A DNA stretch of 39,028 nucleotides from Intoshia linei (lineage: Eukaryota > Animalia > Orthonectida): positions 1-39,028 of the forward strand of contig LWCA01000218.1 in NCBI GenBank assembly GCA_001642005.1, given 5' to 3'. A program made the position numbers and the translations under genes. Shown piece by piece: positions 1 through 12,114 of this stretch (positions are counted from its first letter, which is position 1; each line of letters begins with the position of its first letter). Below the pieces are notes generated by a model. It worked only from the letters and a program-made list of their open reading frames with translations. It did not search any database and was not told the origin of the DNA.

Positions 1-625
1 ATCGTCAAGTTTTTTCTTGAGAAGATCTCTTTTTCAGCAGGATAATGCACCTTGACATAAGTCTTTAAAAAGTACGGAATATTTAAGTTCAAGAAGGATT
101 AAACTCTTAAAAAACTGGCCGCCACAGAGTCCTGATATAAATATCATAGAAAATATGTGGCACATATTAAAACAAAATATTAAAATTAGACAACCAAGCA
201 ATGTCGAAGACCTATGGATGGTCGCATTAGATAAATGGAATAAAATACCAAATTCTTATATACAAAACCTATACTAGAGTATTTCAAGAAGAATCAAGTC
301 CATTGTCACTTCTAAAGGACTACATACTAAATATTAAACAATTAATTTTCATCAAAGTTTTCAAAAATAATTATAATCACCAAAAAATTAATATAATTCA
401 GGGGGGGTCCAAGACTTTTGTGTTTAAAATTATTGGTAATAATTCTTTAATTGAAATTTAATGCAATTATTACTTTTTATTATATTTCATAATTAAGTAA
501 ACTATTACATTTATTCACCCTTGTATTGGTGTTTTTAACATTATATAAAAAACATGATTAGTTTTTGTACTATCAAACAAAATGTATTATTCTGTTGGGG
601 GGTTCAAAACTTTTGACCGGCACTG
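1..625 (+). mobile_element. Tc1/mariner-superfamily DNA transposon, 3' part, with decayed DD35E transposase and IR-DR type terminal repeat
   Basis: Translation to the stop at 335-337 gives FQQDNAP*HKS...WPPQSPDINIIENMWHILK...GLHTKY*, the Tc1 catalytic C-terminus, with in-frame stops. The terminus GGGGGGTTCAAAACTTTTGACCGGCACTG (597-625) is followed by TA. An inner direct repeat GGGGGGGTCCAAGACTTTTG lies at 401-420. Confidence 0.92.
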
Positions 626-668
626 TATGTATGATTTTTTTGTTATTTGATTAATGTTATAATTCTAG

Positions 669-3600
669 ATTTGTACTGAAATGGCCAATATTACATCTGG
701 TTTAAATTTACCCCACCTTTCTTGTGAAATTGTTGGTAGACCTTGTTGTTATGGAATTCAAGGTGAATGCGTAATAACTGCTCGTGAAGAGTGTGATTTT
801 CGACAAGGATATTTTCATACTGAAGCAACATTATGTTCCCAGGTTTATTATGAAATGTTCATAAATATAGTATGCTTATAAATATTTTTTATGAAACGTT
901 TTAAAATAATCCGGGTGAACGTAAATTTTGGTTGAGATTGGTTGAGAAACACTGGAGTGAAATATATGGCACTATATATCGAATTCTATTTTAATTTGTA
1001 TACTATTAATGTTTGGAAAATAAAATCGCCACAGTACAATCTTTAATGACGGTCTTTTTGAAAATGTACTTACATCCGTGGGTTAGTATTATTTGCCCGG
1101 ATTGTGATTCTAACTCATCAATTTTATCGTATTATGTTGACAATAAAGCTTATTTTAAGCTGAAACTAATTTAATTTAGGTACATTGCATGAACGACATC
1201 TGTGGAATGTTTAATTTTATCAACCCGGAAATTCCAGATCAATTTTATAGGCTTATTACTTCAAATTTTATTCACTCTGGGTAAATTTAATAAATGAATT
1301 TGATATTAATATTTTACCCCAAATAAAACATATTGAAATGAGTCATAGGTGCAAGGTAATAGAAATAGAGGTGGTTGATAGACAGCAGAGTTAATGGGAA
1401 AAGATAAATTCAGAGTTAATTTTTGTACGAAAATTAAAATGCCGTTTGTCTTGATATACGACACTAATTATTAATTACAGTAGATGATGTATAAGTGATA
1501 ATATACCTCTGATAAAACATTTAAAAGTTCGAATATAATTTTTTATCTACCTCCAGTTAGCCCAATACTATTATAATTATAGTTTGACCGTATGGTTACT
1601 TCTGATTTAACCAGATACATCAGGGTTTCATAACAAGTGGGCTGAAATTAATTTAAGGTGATATAAATTTGGAAATTACATTTTTTTTGAATTTTCGAAG
1701 ATACATTGTTACATTGGTAATTGTTATTTTTCGTAATTTAAATGCCAATGGGTAATACACACTGATTGAAACAGAATGGAATGTAGTCTTGTACGTGGCA
1801 TGATGTCTGCCCTATACATCATTGAAACCGAACATAAAAAAATTGGTCCAACTGAAAGATACCATCTTAATGATTAATGTTAAAAATTTATTATATTTTT
1901 TATTTTTTAATATTGAATTAATTCTAATTATTATTTTTATTAATTGTAGAAATGGAGCTAAAATGTTGGGAAACCCTAAAATACATCATGTATTTTGATT
2001 TTCTAAATGTGAAATAACGTTAGAATTGGTTTTTAGGTAGAACTATACAGTTGAACCTACCTAGCTCGAGACCATTTCGAAAATGACAAATAGCCCTATA
2101 ATTTAAAAAATTTACAGGTGGTATAGTTGTATCCTGCTAACACACACTAAAAAATTCAATTTGAATAAGTGACGACTTCACGGTTAAATTTAATTTTTGA
2201 ACTACATAAAAAAAATTTAATCAATTTATATTTTTTCAGTTATATGAAAAAGGCTAATTAATTGATTTATATAAAATAATTGATTTCAATCAATTATTTC
2301 TAATACCTGGTTACAACCCTAAAAAATTGTCATAAATAAGATGAATTTCAGAAAAAATAGAATTGTAAATACCTGTAGTACACACTGATTTATCTAACAT
2401 TATAATGTGATAAAATATATTCAGTATCCTCTTTATATAAGTAAGGAAGGTTATGTATCAATAATGAATGAATTCAGCTCATTTAAAATCATTTTTCGTG
2501 TGAAGGAATGTTACCAAATTGAAATAAATCTCAAAATGATTATAAAAAAAATTCAATGTACTTGACTTTTTAAATATTATTTGTCAGTGAATTCCACCAA
2601 TTAAATATACCGATAAAACTTTTTTTTACATGTTAATATATTAATTTTAGATTACTTCATATTGCTATAACGGTAATAATACAAATGATTTTAATGCGAG
2701 ATATTGAAAAAATGATTGGTTGGTGGCGTACAGCAATCATTTACATTTTATCTGGTCTAGCTGGAACATTAATGAGTGCAATTTTTTTACCTCATTATGT
2801 TGACGTAATTTTTTATTATTTTTTGGAACCACAAACGACTGTAAGTCACTGGCAGACAGTCTAGTTCAGTGGTTCCCACACTTTTTTCATGGTGGACTGG
2901 TATAAAATTATAGAATTTATCGCGGACCATTAAAGCGAAATTACTAGACAAGATTAAAAAAATTATGATAAAAAACGTAATAAGTTGATTATTTAGCAAG
3001 GGTCAATTATGTGAACCCAAAGTGGAATGTGCTGCTTGCTTTATAACAAACATTTTTATATATTTCTCATGATTACAATTTTAGCATTAGTTATGCACTT
3101 ATTCCATTATTGTTTTTTATTTCATTTAATTAATTAATTAAAACTGTTAATGGTTTTTCACATTTATCCCGTCAAGCAAATTGAGTCTTTGTTTTGCAAA
3201 TTTGATTAAATCTTGATATTCATATTAAATTTTTTAATATAATTGTTATTTATAGGCTGGACCATCTGGAGCACATTTCGGTATTTTGGCAGCTTTGTTT
3301 GGTGAATTATTATGAAACTATTTTTATGTAAAAAACAGGAATTTACGACCTGTACTGTAAAAACGACAAGTTGTTTTGTTTTTTTGTTAAAAATGTTATC
3401 AATTCCTGTAAATTGCAGACAATAATAAAACGTATTATATTTCAATTTACGAATAAAGTAATGTATACTGAACGAGCATTACTCGTATTTGTTGTCAATA
3501 CTAATGAATCATTAGTAATGATTTTAATTATTCATCAATTATCATAAATTAAAATTATTATGCTCGCACCTTACTTATGATTATGGATTTATTTGACTTA

Positions 3601-4123
3601 AACATCAAAAGTTTATTGCGAATTTTAAGCCTCGACATGTCTGACTTTTCAACACATCAGCTACGATTGTCTCTTATTATAATAAGAGCTTATTTTTAAA
3701 TATTTATCGATATTTAAAATACGTATTTGATTGAACTATTTAGTTGAAATAATTCGATGGTCTAGTGATGACAATAGAATGCGAACTGTATTGGTACTAT
3801 TGGCGATATTTGTATTCCTACTAGCAATCGGACTTTTACCAGTAGTAGACAATTACGCTCACTGCGGCGGATTCGTAATTGGATTCTTACTAGCTCTAGC
3901 ACTACGACCTTTACCTCGAGATGAAAACAATAAAAGAATATACAAAGTGTCCTACATAATATCTGGGTTGGTAGGTCTTATCTTATGCTTGTGCATAAAT
4001 GGAGCGTTGGTTTACATTTTTTACTACTATCCATTATATTCATGCGACTACTGTTCCTATTTCAATTGCATTCCGTTAACGTCTACCTTTTGTGATGGAA
4101 TGTATGTTGATATAAAAAGGTGA
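669..4123 (+). CDS. RHBDF: Inactive rhomboid (iRhom/RHBDF-like), 3' exons; the 5' part lies upstream of the window
   Basis: Exons 669-842, 1180-1280, 2651-2804, 3256-3301 and 3744-4123 splice in frame via GT-AG. They encode the Cys-rich iRhom homology region ([12 protein letters not shown]...[16 protein letters not shown]), [18 protein letters not shown], the GPx motif (AGPSG), DNYAHCGG and the C-terminal [13 protein letters not shown]. Confidence 0.93.
2101..2185 (+). repeat. Dispersed repeat fragment, a copy of the 3' end of the element at 18800-19266
   Basis: AAAAAATTTACAGGTGGT..GTTGTATCCTG...GAATAAGTGACGACTTCACGGT is near-identical to about 19181-19260. Confidence 0.8.
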
Positions 4124-4290
4124 TTATGTAGTAAATTTGAAATAAATATTGATCTACATTCCTTGTCATTAAAAAGATAATTTCATAAATTTAACTTTGT
4201 TTCGAATAATATTATTTACCTTTTATATACTATAGTACTCTGTATATTTTATAAACGCACTATTGTATTTTGACCGATTAGTCCCATTGT

Positions 4291-4303
4291 GTTTCCATAC
4301 AAC
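4291..4303 (+). promoter_or_regulatory. Candidate RFX X-box upstream of the phosphagen kinase
   Basis: GTTTCCATACAAC is a 13-bp near-match to the X-box consensus GTTNCC-AT-RRNAAC. It ends about 65 nt upstream of the ATG at 4369. Confidence 0.5.
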
Positions 4304-4368
4304 TTAAATACAAGCTAAATACAATATTTCATATTTTATATACTCATTTTATTGTTTAATATTAATCA

Positions 4369-7300
4369 ATGGGGATTTGTGGTTCGAAAATCGAAGGTAA
4401 ATTTTAAATTATGTATATTTTGGACTTGATGTTTATTACACGAGGCTATTCAATTTCAATTAAACTTTAAATTTATTATCGCCATTTTGTATACTTATCT
4501 AAAATTTTTAAAATTTAAATGGTAAAGTTTATGAGGACATTGTCCAAAAAGATTGAAAAAACATTTAGGAGATCGACATCAGGTTTAGTATAATTATGTT
4601 TATCAAAATTGATTTTGTTCAAGTTTGTTGGCATCCATTTTTTAAAATGTTTATAGATAGCTTTGAAATTAAATCTAAAAAACATGGAACAAGTAGACCT
4701 ATTGCCAAGTTGTCCATGGATGATTTTGCCAAAGGAAATTATCCAAATTTTAAACATCACAACAATTATTTGGCAGAAGTCCTCACTGAAGAGGTTTATT
4801 TTTGGTTTTGTTTAGATATAAAATTTGATTAATATTATTTCATTATGTTAAGATAATGAAAATTTTTATGCATGCGTACTACCGTGAATAATACCTTCGT
4901 ACAAATTTCAACTTTTCCGAAATTATAGTTAATAGAATACGATTAGATGTTAATTTTTTAGTTTAAAAGACTTGCGTGAAATTTAATTTTACATATTTAT
5001 GTTTGAAATAACATTTTTGCAGTAACTTTAATTGTTCAAACGTGTAGTTAATTTTTTTTGATTCCCAAAAAATGGAGCGTTTAACGGAGTTGAACTGTTG
5101 ATATTCATTTATTTTAATCTTTAAGGCATAATTAAACTTGTAAATATAATGTCACCTTGAAAGTATCATTATATAATTAATTATTAATTTATTTGTGTTT
5201 GTAATTTGAGACTATTTAACTATTTTTATTTTTAGAATTGTTTACTTTACTATTTTCAATGTCTAAACTTTGTAAATGATTGTATAAAAATTTATAAGTT
5301 TGTGTTTTTTAACTTTTTATACTCGAGTTTATTTTTGTTTTACCATTAGCGGTTTTGAAAAATTTGAGGCTGTTCAATACTATTTAGTTTTTCCATCACT
5401 TTTTGAGTTACAAATTTTAATGACTCTTGAAATTTTAAAGATGATTTTCTTAAAAATATATACATTTTACAAAAGCCTAGGCAGTTATGAGGGTTTATGG
5501 AAAGAATATTGAATATTGAAAAAAATTAAATATTGATGAGTTAATGTCTACAAATGGTCCCAAAATTTTATTACGGAAACATGATATAACAAATGATAAT
5601 CAACTGGGTATAAGGTTCGTAAAGTGTATGTTGAATTCCTGTAATTTTTACTTGTATAAAGTAATTTAGTTAAAAATGTATGTCTGTTACAGTTTATTTA
5701 AGAAAGTAAGAGGCGTAATATTTTAAAAATACCACTTTATAATACTAATTTTTTGTCGATTAGATTTTATCGTAAATTTTCATTTTCAGAAATTGAATTC
5801 TTCAAGGTCAAAATCTTAATTATTTTTTTAAAAATCTAACGACTCCTGAATTATAAAAAATACATAATCGGATATCTTCACGACCAAAATTCCAAAGTAC
5901 TTTTTTTTAAAAATGAAAAAAGTCATAGAATGTAATACAACATAAATTGTGAGATAGTTTTTAAAAGATTAAAAATTATCATAAATCGTAAACCCAAAAA
6001 AGTGAATTTTCTATAGCAATACCACAGATTACTTTTTTTATATTATTTTTAATAAATTTAAAAAATCTCATCATCAAATGGTTTTTTAAAGTTTTTACAC
6101 TAATGTTAACAAAATAAAATTTAGTAAGATAATTTGATGTGATTTGAGTGGTCCATGGCGAAATAATTTTGGAACCACTCCTTCACCCGAAATTAATGAT
6201 GGAAGAAAAAACTATGTACTACAGGTATTTTAAATTTTCGGGATTCATATTTTTTAGAGGATAACTATAATTATATTGTTTTTAAGATCATACGCTCATT
6301 GTCTAATAAATTAAAAATTCTGCCCTCGACAGAGCTAGCTGCTGTTTGTACCAAGTACATAACATCAAGTTAGTTTATAATAATATACATTTACAAGATA
6401 TTAATTTTTAAGGGTCCACAACAAAAGATATTGTACGGTCCCTACTATAAAGTTTCAAATTGAAAAATTTGACATTGGTGGAATTCATTATTTAGGAGCC
6501 GCTTAAAATATAATTTTAATATTATTTCTGGTATGCCGCAACGCTTTTAATATTCCGCTAGGGTGCTGCAAATCTAAGATGGAAAACACTGTTAGTCTAA
6601 CTAAATTATCTTAATGTCAATTATTTATAATTTATATCAGATATCGCATATAAATTAAAAATGTATGTGTTGAATCAATAGTGTTGCTTGTCTAATGAAA
6701 TTTATTACAATTATGTACTACAATTTAAAATCTCAAGAAATCTACACAGCTAGAATATAAAATTTCCGTTTTGTAACTTGTTGAATTGAGTATTTGTGTC
6801 ATGATTGTTAAGAAGCATTAATATTTGAAACACTTAAATGAATAGTACTCACACTTCGTTTTTTAATTTTTTAATTAATTTTAATATTTTGTTAATGTAA
6901 TCAGGTTAAATTCAATTAAAATTTTGTTACGTTTCATTGTTTTGAAGATTATATGTATATGAATATAAATTATATCAATCACTTTATTATTGAATCTAGG
7001 GGTTTTTTAGTGTATACTCGAGTTTAATAAGCAGTGATTGACTACATTGTATTTTCCAAACTTTTGGATTTTTGCCAACCGGTAAATATATAATCATTTT
7101 CGTACACCGTGAAATGATGCAAACTTGAATAATAAATAAAATTTTTTGTATGTTAACACTGTTACTAGATATAACTTAACTGATATAATTTTTTTAAAAA
7201 AAGGGTAATCTGGGTCATGAAAGGTTGATCATGAAAATGCAACATTATGTCTCAAATTTACGTTCAATATTTAAATAGATTATTTATTTCATATAATCAA

Positions 7301-9938
7301 TGATTCGTATTGATTACATGTTTCATTATCTTTCCATTTATCATTTATATCTTATTTATTTAAAAAAAAATTAGTGTAAATGTAAAAGTTATATTATTTT
7401 TAGTTGTATATAAAATACTTATCTAAAGTTACACCTCTGGGAGGAACATTGGACAAATGCATTCAATGTGGCGTTGACAGTCCATCGAATCCGTACATCA
7501 AAAAGATGCTTGGAATTTTAGCTACTGATGAACACGCTTATGCCATATACAGTGAAATTTTTGATAAAATAATTGAAATGAAACATGGTGGTTTTGGACC
7601 AAATCATGTTCACCCAAAACCTAATTTGGATAATTCATTAGTTACGAATGGAGAATTGGATTCAGAATATGTTATATCATGTCGAATTCGTACTGGAAGA
7701 AACATTCGCGGTTTTTCTTTACCTCCTTCAATGAGTCGTGCTGAAAGAAAAAGAGTCGAGAAGCATATTGTCGAAGCTTTATCTACTTTGAGTGATAATC
7801 AAGCTGGAAAATTTTTGAGTTTAGAAACAATGACTGATGCAGATAGAGATAAACTTATCGAAGATCATATTCTTTTCGATAAACCAACTGGAGCACTATT
7901 GAAAACGGGTGGAATGGCACGAGATTGGCCACAAGGTCGCGGTATATGGTGTAACAAGCTCAACAACTTCTTTGTATGGGTAAACGAAGAAGATCACATT
8001 AGAATTATTTCAATGGAAAAGGGAGGTGATATGAAATCAACTTTTGATAGATTTTGTGATGCTTTGAAAAAGGTTGAAAAGGTGTTAAATGATAATTCTC
8101 ACGAATTTCAGCATTCTGAGAGATTAGGATTTATTTGCAGTTGTCCTACAAACATTGGTACTGGTTTGAGATGTAGTGTTCTCATCAAACTTGCTAATTT
8201 AAACAACCCTAAAAATAAAGATTTATCAGATGAACTTTTTAAACTTTTACGGTTACAAAAGAGAGGAAGCGGAGGTGAAAACTCAGAAGGTGATGTTGAT
8301 GTATCTGATTTGTCAAACAGCGAAAGGATTGGAGTTGATGAAGTTACGTTTGTTCAAAACGTCATTGACAGTGTGCATTTGGTCATTAAAATTGAAAAAT
8401 GTCTTGAAAATGAAGAAGATTATACCGATCATATGAATGCCGTCAAGGAATTGTCTGAAAAAATTAAACCAAAGTTTACTGAAATGACCACCAAACCTTT
8501 AAAAAATGTAACAACGGTGACGACTGACCAATACACTTCAGTGTATAGACTCGGTGAAGCTCTGAATACCATGAATCTACCAATCTCTGATAATTATCCT
8601 GATTTGACGAAACATGCAAACTATTTGCCAGAAGTTTTATCCAAAAATCTATACAAAAAGTATGGGCCTTTACGTACTTCTAATGGTTGCACTATCGATA
8701 TGTGCATACAATGTGGTGTCGATACACCCGGACATCCTCATATTAAAAAAATGATTGGCGTTGTGGCATGTGATGAAGAATGTTATACGTTGTTTGGTGA
8801 TTTGTTTGACAAAATTGTGGAAATGAAACACAAAATGCCGAAAGATGTTAATCAGCCTCCAGCAGATTTAGAAACTGTTTTGGACTACAAGTTGGATGAG
8901 GAATATGTAGTTTCATGTCGAGTCAGAACTGGTCGTAGTATAAAAGGCATACCATTGCCACCATCCATGAATCGATATGAACGACGAAAAGTGGAAACGA
9001 TTGTTTCTGAAGCTGTAAAAACTTTGGACGGTGAATTTGAAGGAAAATATTATCCTTTGATGGATATGAACGAAGAAGATCAAAATCAGTTAATTAAAGA
9101 TCACTTTTTGTTTGGTAAACCAGAGGGAGCTCTATTGGTTAGTTCTAGAATGGCTCGAGATTGGCCTGATGCACGTGGAATATGGTATGAAATATGTATA
9201 ATGGAATGTTAATATTTAATGTTTAGGCACAATAAAAACAAAAACTTTTTAATTTGGATAAATGAGGAGGATCATATGAGAGTACATTTTATTTTGATTG
9301 TTTAATTTAAAAATTTTAGATAATTTCAATGGAATTAGGTGGAGATATGGGAGCGGTGTTTAATCGATTCTGTACTGGACTCAAACAGGTATAAATATAT
9401 AAATGTTTGTTAATGTTATAATATGGTAGGTTGAAGAACTGTTTATCAAAAAAGGCCATAATTTCATGCACAGTGAGCATTTAGGATATATTTGCACTTG
9501 TCCAACCAATTTAGGAACAGGTATTCAGGTTCAATGTATGAATTTAAATGGTTTTAGTCTTACGCTGCAGTGTTCATATTAGATTGATTGAGCTTGGAAC
9601 TAAGGTTGATCGTTTTTATTTGTATTTACAAAATTTTAGGAAGAAAATTCTGAGCTTTTTGATACTGTATTAACAAAGCTAAGATTGCAAAAACGAGGTA
9701 GTGACGGTGAAAATGATGCCGGAGAATTTGGTGTGTTTGATGTATCAAACTTTGAAAGAATGAATAGAAATGAAGTAATTTATGTCAAATCTAATTTAAT
9801 TTTCATATTTAGCCCCAATTGGTATCTCATGTATGTAAATCTGTGAATTTATTAATTGATCTCGAAAAAACATTGAAAGCTGGAGAAAGTTACGATGAAA
9901 TTATGACTAACATAGATGATCTAGCCGCGAATTATTAA
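4369..9938 (+). CDS. Two-domain (contiguous dimer) ATP:guanido phosphotransferase (phosphagen kinase), annelid CK/GK/LK-like, with an N-terminal MGICGS acylation motif
   Basis: Exons 4369-4396, 4657-4793, 7404-9184, 9227-9281, 9320-9388, 9430-9520, 9558-9604, 9640-9774 and 9813-9938 are phase-compatible. Both domains contain NYP..KH.NY, SCR(I/V)RTGR, ARDWP..RGIW, NEEDH, CPTN(I/L)GT and LRLQKRG. Exon 1 is the least certain exon. Confidence 0.93.
6147..6358 (+). repeat. Dispersed repeat, inverted copy of 11695-11849
   Basis: TGCCCTCGACAGAGCTAG..CTGTTTGTAC at 6321-6351 is the reverse complement of GTACAAACAG..CTAGCTCTGTCGAGGGCA at 11703-11733. TGGAACCACTCCTT (about 6170) matches the reverse complement of AAGGAGTGGTTTCA (about 11815). 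Confidence 0.7.
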
Positions 9939-10398
9939 ATTAAATTATTATTAAAATTGTAATTTTCATGTTTTTGTTCAGTTCCTCAATTATATTTTAA
10001 AGACAGTTTATAATATCAATTGAGCTGCTTGAGCGAAATCAGTCCATTTGATGCAGAATTTTTTTTATTCACTTGCTATATTTTTATAAGTTTTAAACTT
10101 GTACCTAAACGTTTTTTTTAAAAATTTTTCTTCATTTGTATTGTACTTAACGACTTTTTAGGTTTATTTAACATATTTCTAAGGTACTAATTTATATAAA
10201 AATTATTCCATTTTATAAATCGAAATTAATACTGATACTAAATGTAAGAGTTAAAATTAAAATTGTGTAGGATTTGACCTAGTGGATTGAGAAACGTTAC
10301 CAATTAATGTACTTGAGTGGTTTTTCGATGATGTTAGATAGTTAATAGCGTACAACTACACTTTATAATGTATATTTGAAGCAGCACGTACTGTATAG

Positions 10399-10875
10399 TA
10401 GTGGTTCCCCAAAAAATATATTGTCGACCCCCCCCTATCAGTATACAAATATTTTTAGAGGAAATCAATTAGTACAAAATAGTGAATATGTTTATAATAT
10501 TATTATAACAGCAATTAAAAAAATGTTATATTGTAATATTACTGGTTTTATTTTCGTTATAATTTATAATATAAATCATAATTTAATGTAGTTGACACCA
10601 TAGTTACCAGGGCCTAGTATACAAAAAATTGTAAAGTTATGATAGTTCTTTTTTATTTATATACGGGTTATTGTCTCGCAAGGGTTAATAACATTTAAAT
10701 TTATCATAATCCGAATTTCAAGAATATATAAATTAACTAGCGCAACTTAATTTAAATACTAAATCAAATTAATGTTAACGATTCTAATTTAATTTTAAAT
10801 TTTTTCTTAACTTTGTGGCCTCTCAGATTATGTAGGCCCCCTGTTGGGGTCAAGCCCCTTATTTGGGAAACACTG
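10399..10875. mobile_element. hAT-type MITE
   Basis: Terminal inverted repeats TAGTGGTTCCCC and TTTGGGAAACACTG are flanked by a near-perfect 8-bp target-site duplication CTGTATAG/CTGTATTG. Confidence 0.75.
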
Positions 10876-11694
10876 CTGTATTGTATACATTACGGTTATG
10901 CGAAAATTTGAATATCAAAAGTAAACCCTACCACCCGATGAGGAATTTGAATACCTTCAATTTGCATCCAATAACACTTCACAGCTCTTTAAAAAACTTT
11001 CGAGACAATGCTTCTAAAGTTTTGAACAATTTATCGATCATCGTAACATTTATTAATTTTTTTTAAATTTTTATTGATTTAACTATTTTTTTTCAATTTA
11101 TTTTAATATTAAAAATTGTTATTTGTAAACATTTGGAAGATTATATTGACGCATACATACGATATTGGAGAGATTAATCATCTTTTTTGTCAAATTCACT
11201 TTGTAAAAAAGTGTCAAAATAATTGTACATGCCGTAACGACATATCTGAATCTGAATAATACATTTTATTGCTAATAATTAGCATGATATGATGCAGCAA
11301 GATATTTTAAAAAATTTCAAAGAAAATTGTACTCATTATTCTAAATTCTCAATTTTTACATAGATCCATATGCCCATGAGATCCAATTTACCAATCCTGG
11401 ATTAGGGGGTTAATTAGGGCCTAATAAATTGTAAAATTACTAAAAATATCTTTTATATTTCAAAATGAATTAAATATTTAGTTTTTTTAAATGGGTCATC
11501 TCAAAAATTGATAAAAAAATATAATTTTTTTATTTCTCATGTTAAAATTTAACTTATTCTTGTTATTAACTTGCCAAACCTTAATTTTATTTTAAAAAAT
11601 TTTAAATGAAAACGTCAGTCCTCGGCTGAGCTATCCACGTTTGTATGTTTATAAAACAATAAATCTAATTATATATAAACTAGGTTTACTGTTA

Positions 11695-11849
11695 GGTACT
11701 ACGTACAAACAGGACCTAGCTCTGTCGAGGGCACAGTTTTATATACTTAAAAAATAAACTCACGTTGAAAATCTAACTTAAAAATCCTATTATTCACTAT
11801 TATGAATCCTTTAAAGGAGTGGTTTCAAATTTGTTTCAGGTGGAACCAA
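11695..11849 (-). repeat. Dispersed repeat, inverted copy of 6147-6358
   Basis: Two sequence blocks match 6147-6358 in reverse complement. Confidence 0.7.
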
Positions 11850-12114
11850 CATATAATCTTCCATGTAATTTTAATAGGTGCAATACTATAACTAAACAAA
11901 ATATGAACTTTTAGGGTTAAATAATAAATCATTACTCTGTTGCAATATTTGTTTTATTGAAAATTCAGTGTTGATATTAAACTTCATTATATTTAAATAT
12001 CCCGACATCTGGTGTTTCGTAAATAATTAGAAAGTATCCAAATTTGTATCGATTTCTATTAAGGTGAAATTATATCAGTACATTTTTGATTTTATTTTTG
12101 CATTACATTCTGTA

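Noticed and set aside
4569-4582. Possible 14-nt microexon in kinase intron 1
   Set aside because: Inclusion changes the phase and does not fit either acceptor at 4657 or 4661.
8230-8436. Overlapping +frame 68-aa ORF
   Set aside because: It is an alternative frame inside the kinase exon with no recognisable features.
11210-11260. Possible hAT transposase C-terminal remnant (VTTYL..ES)
   Set aside because: Only a few matching residues, with a frameshift.
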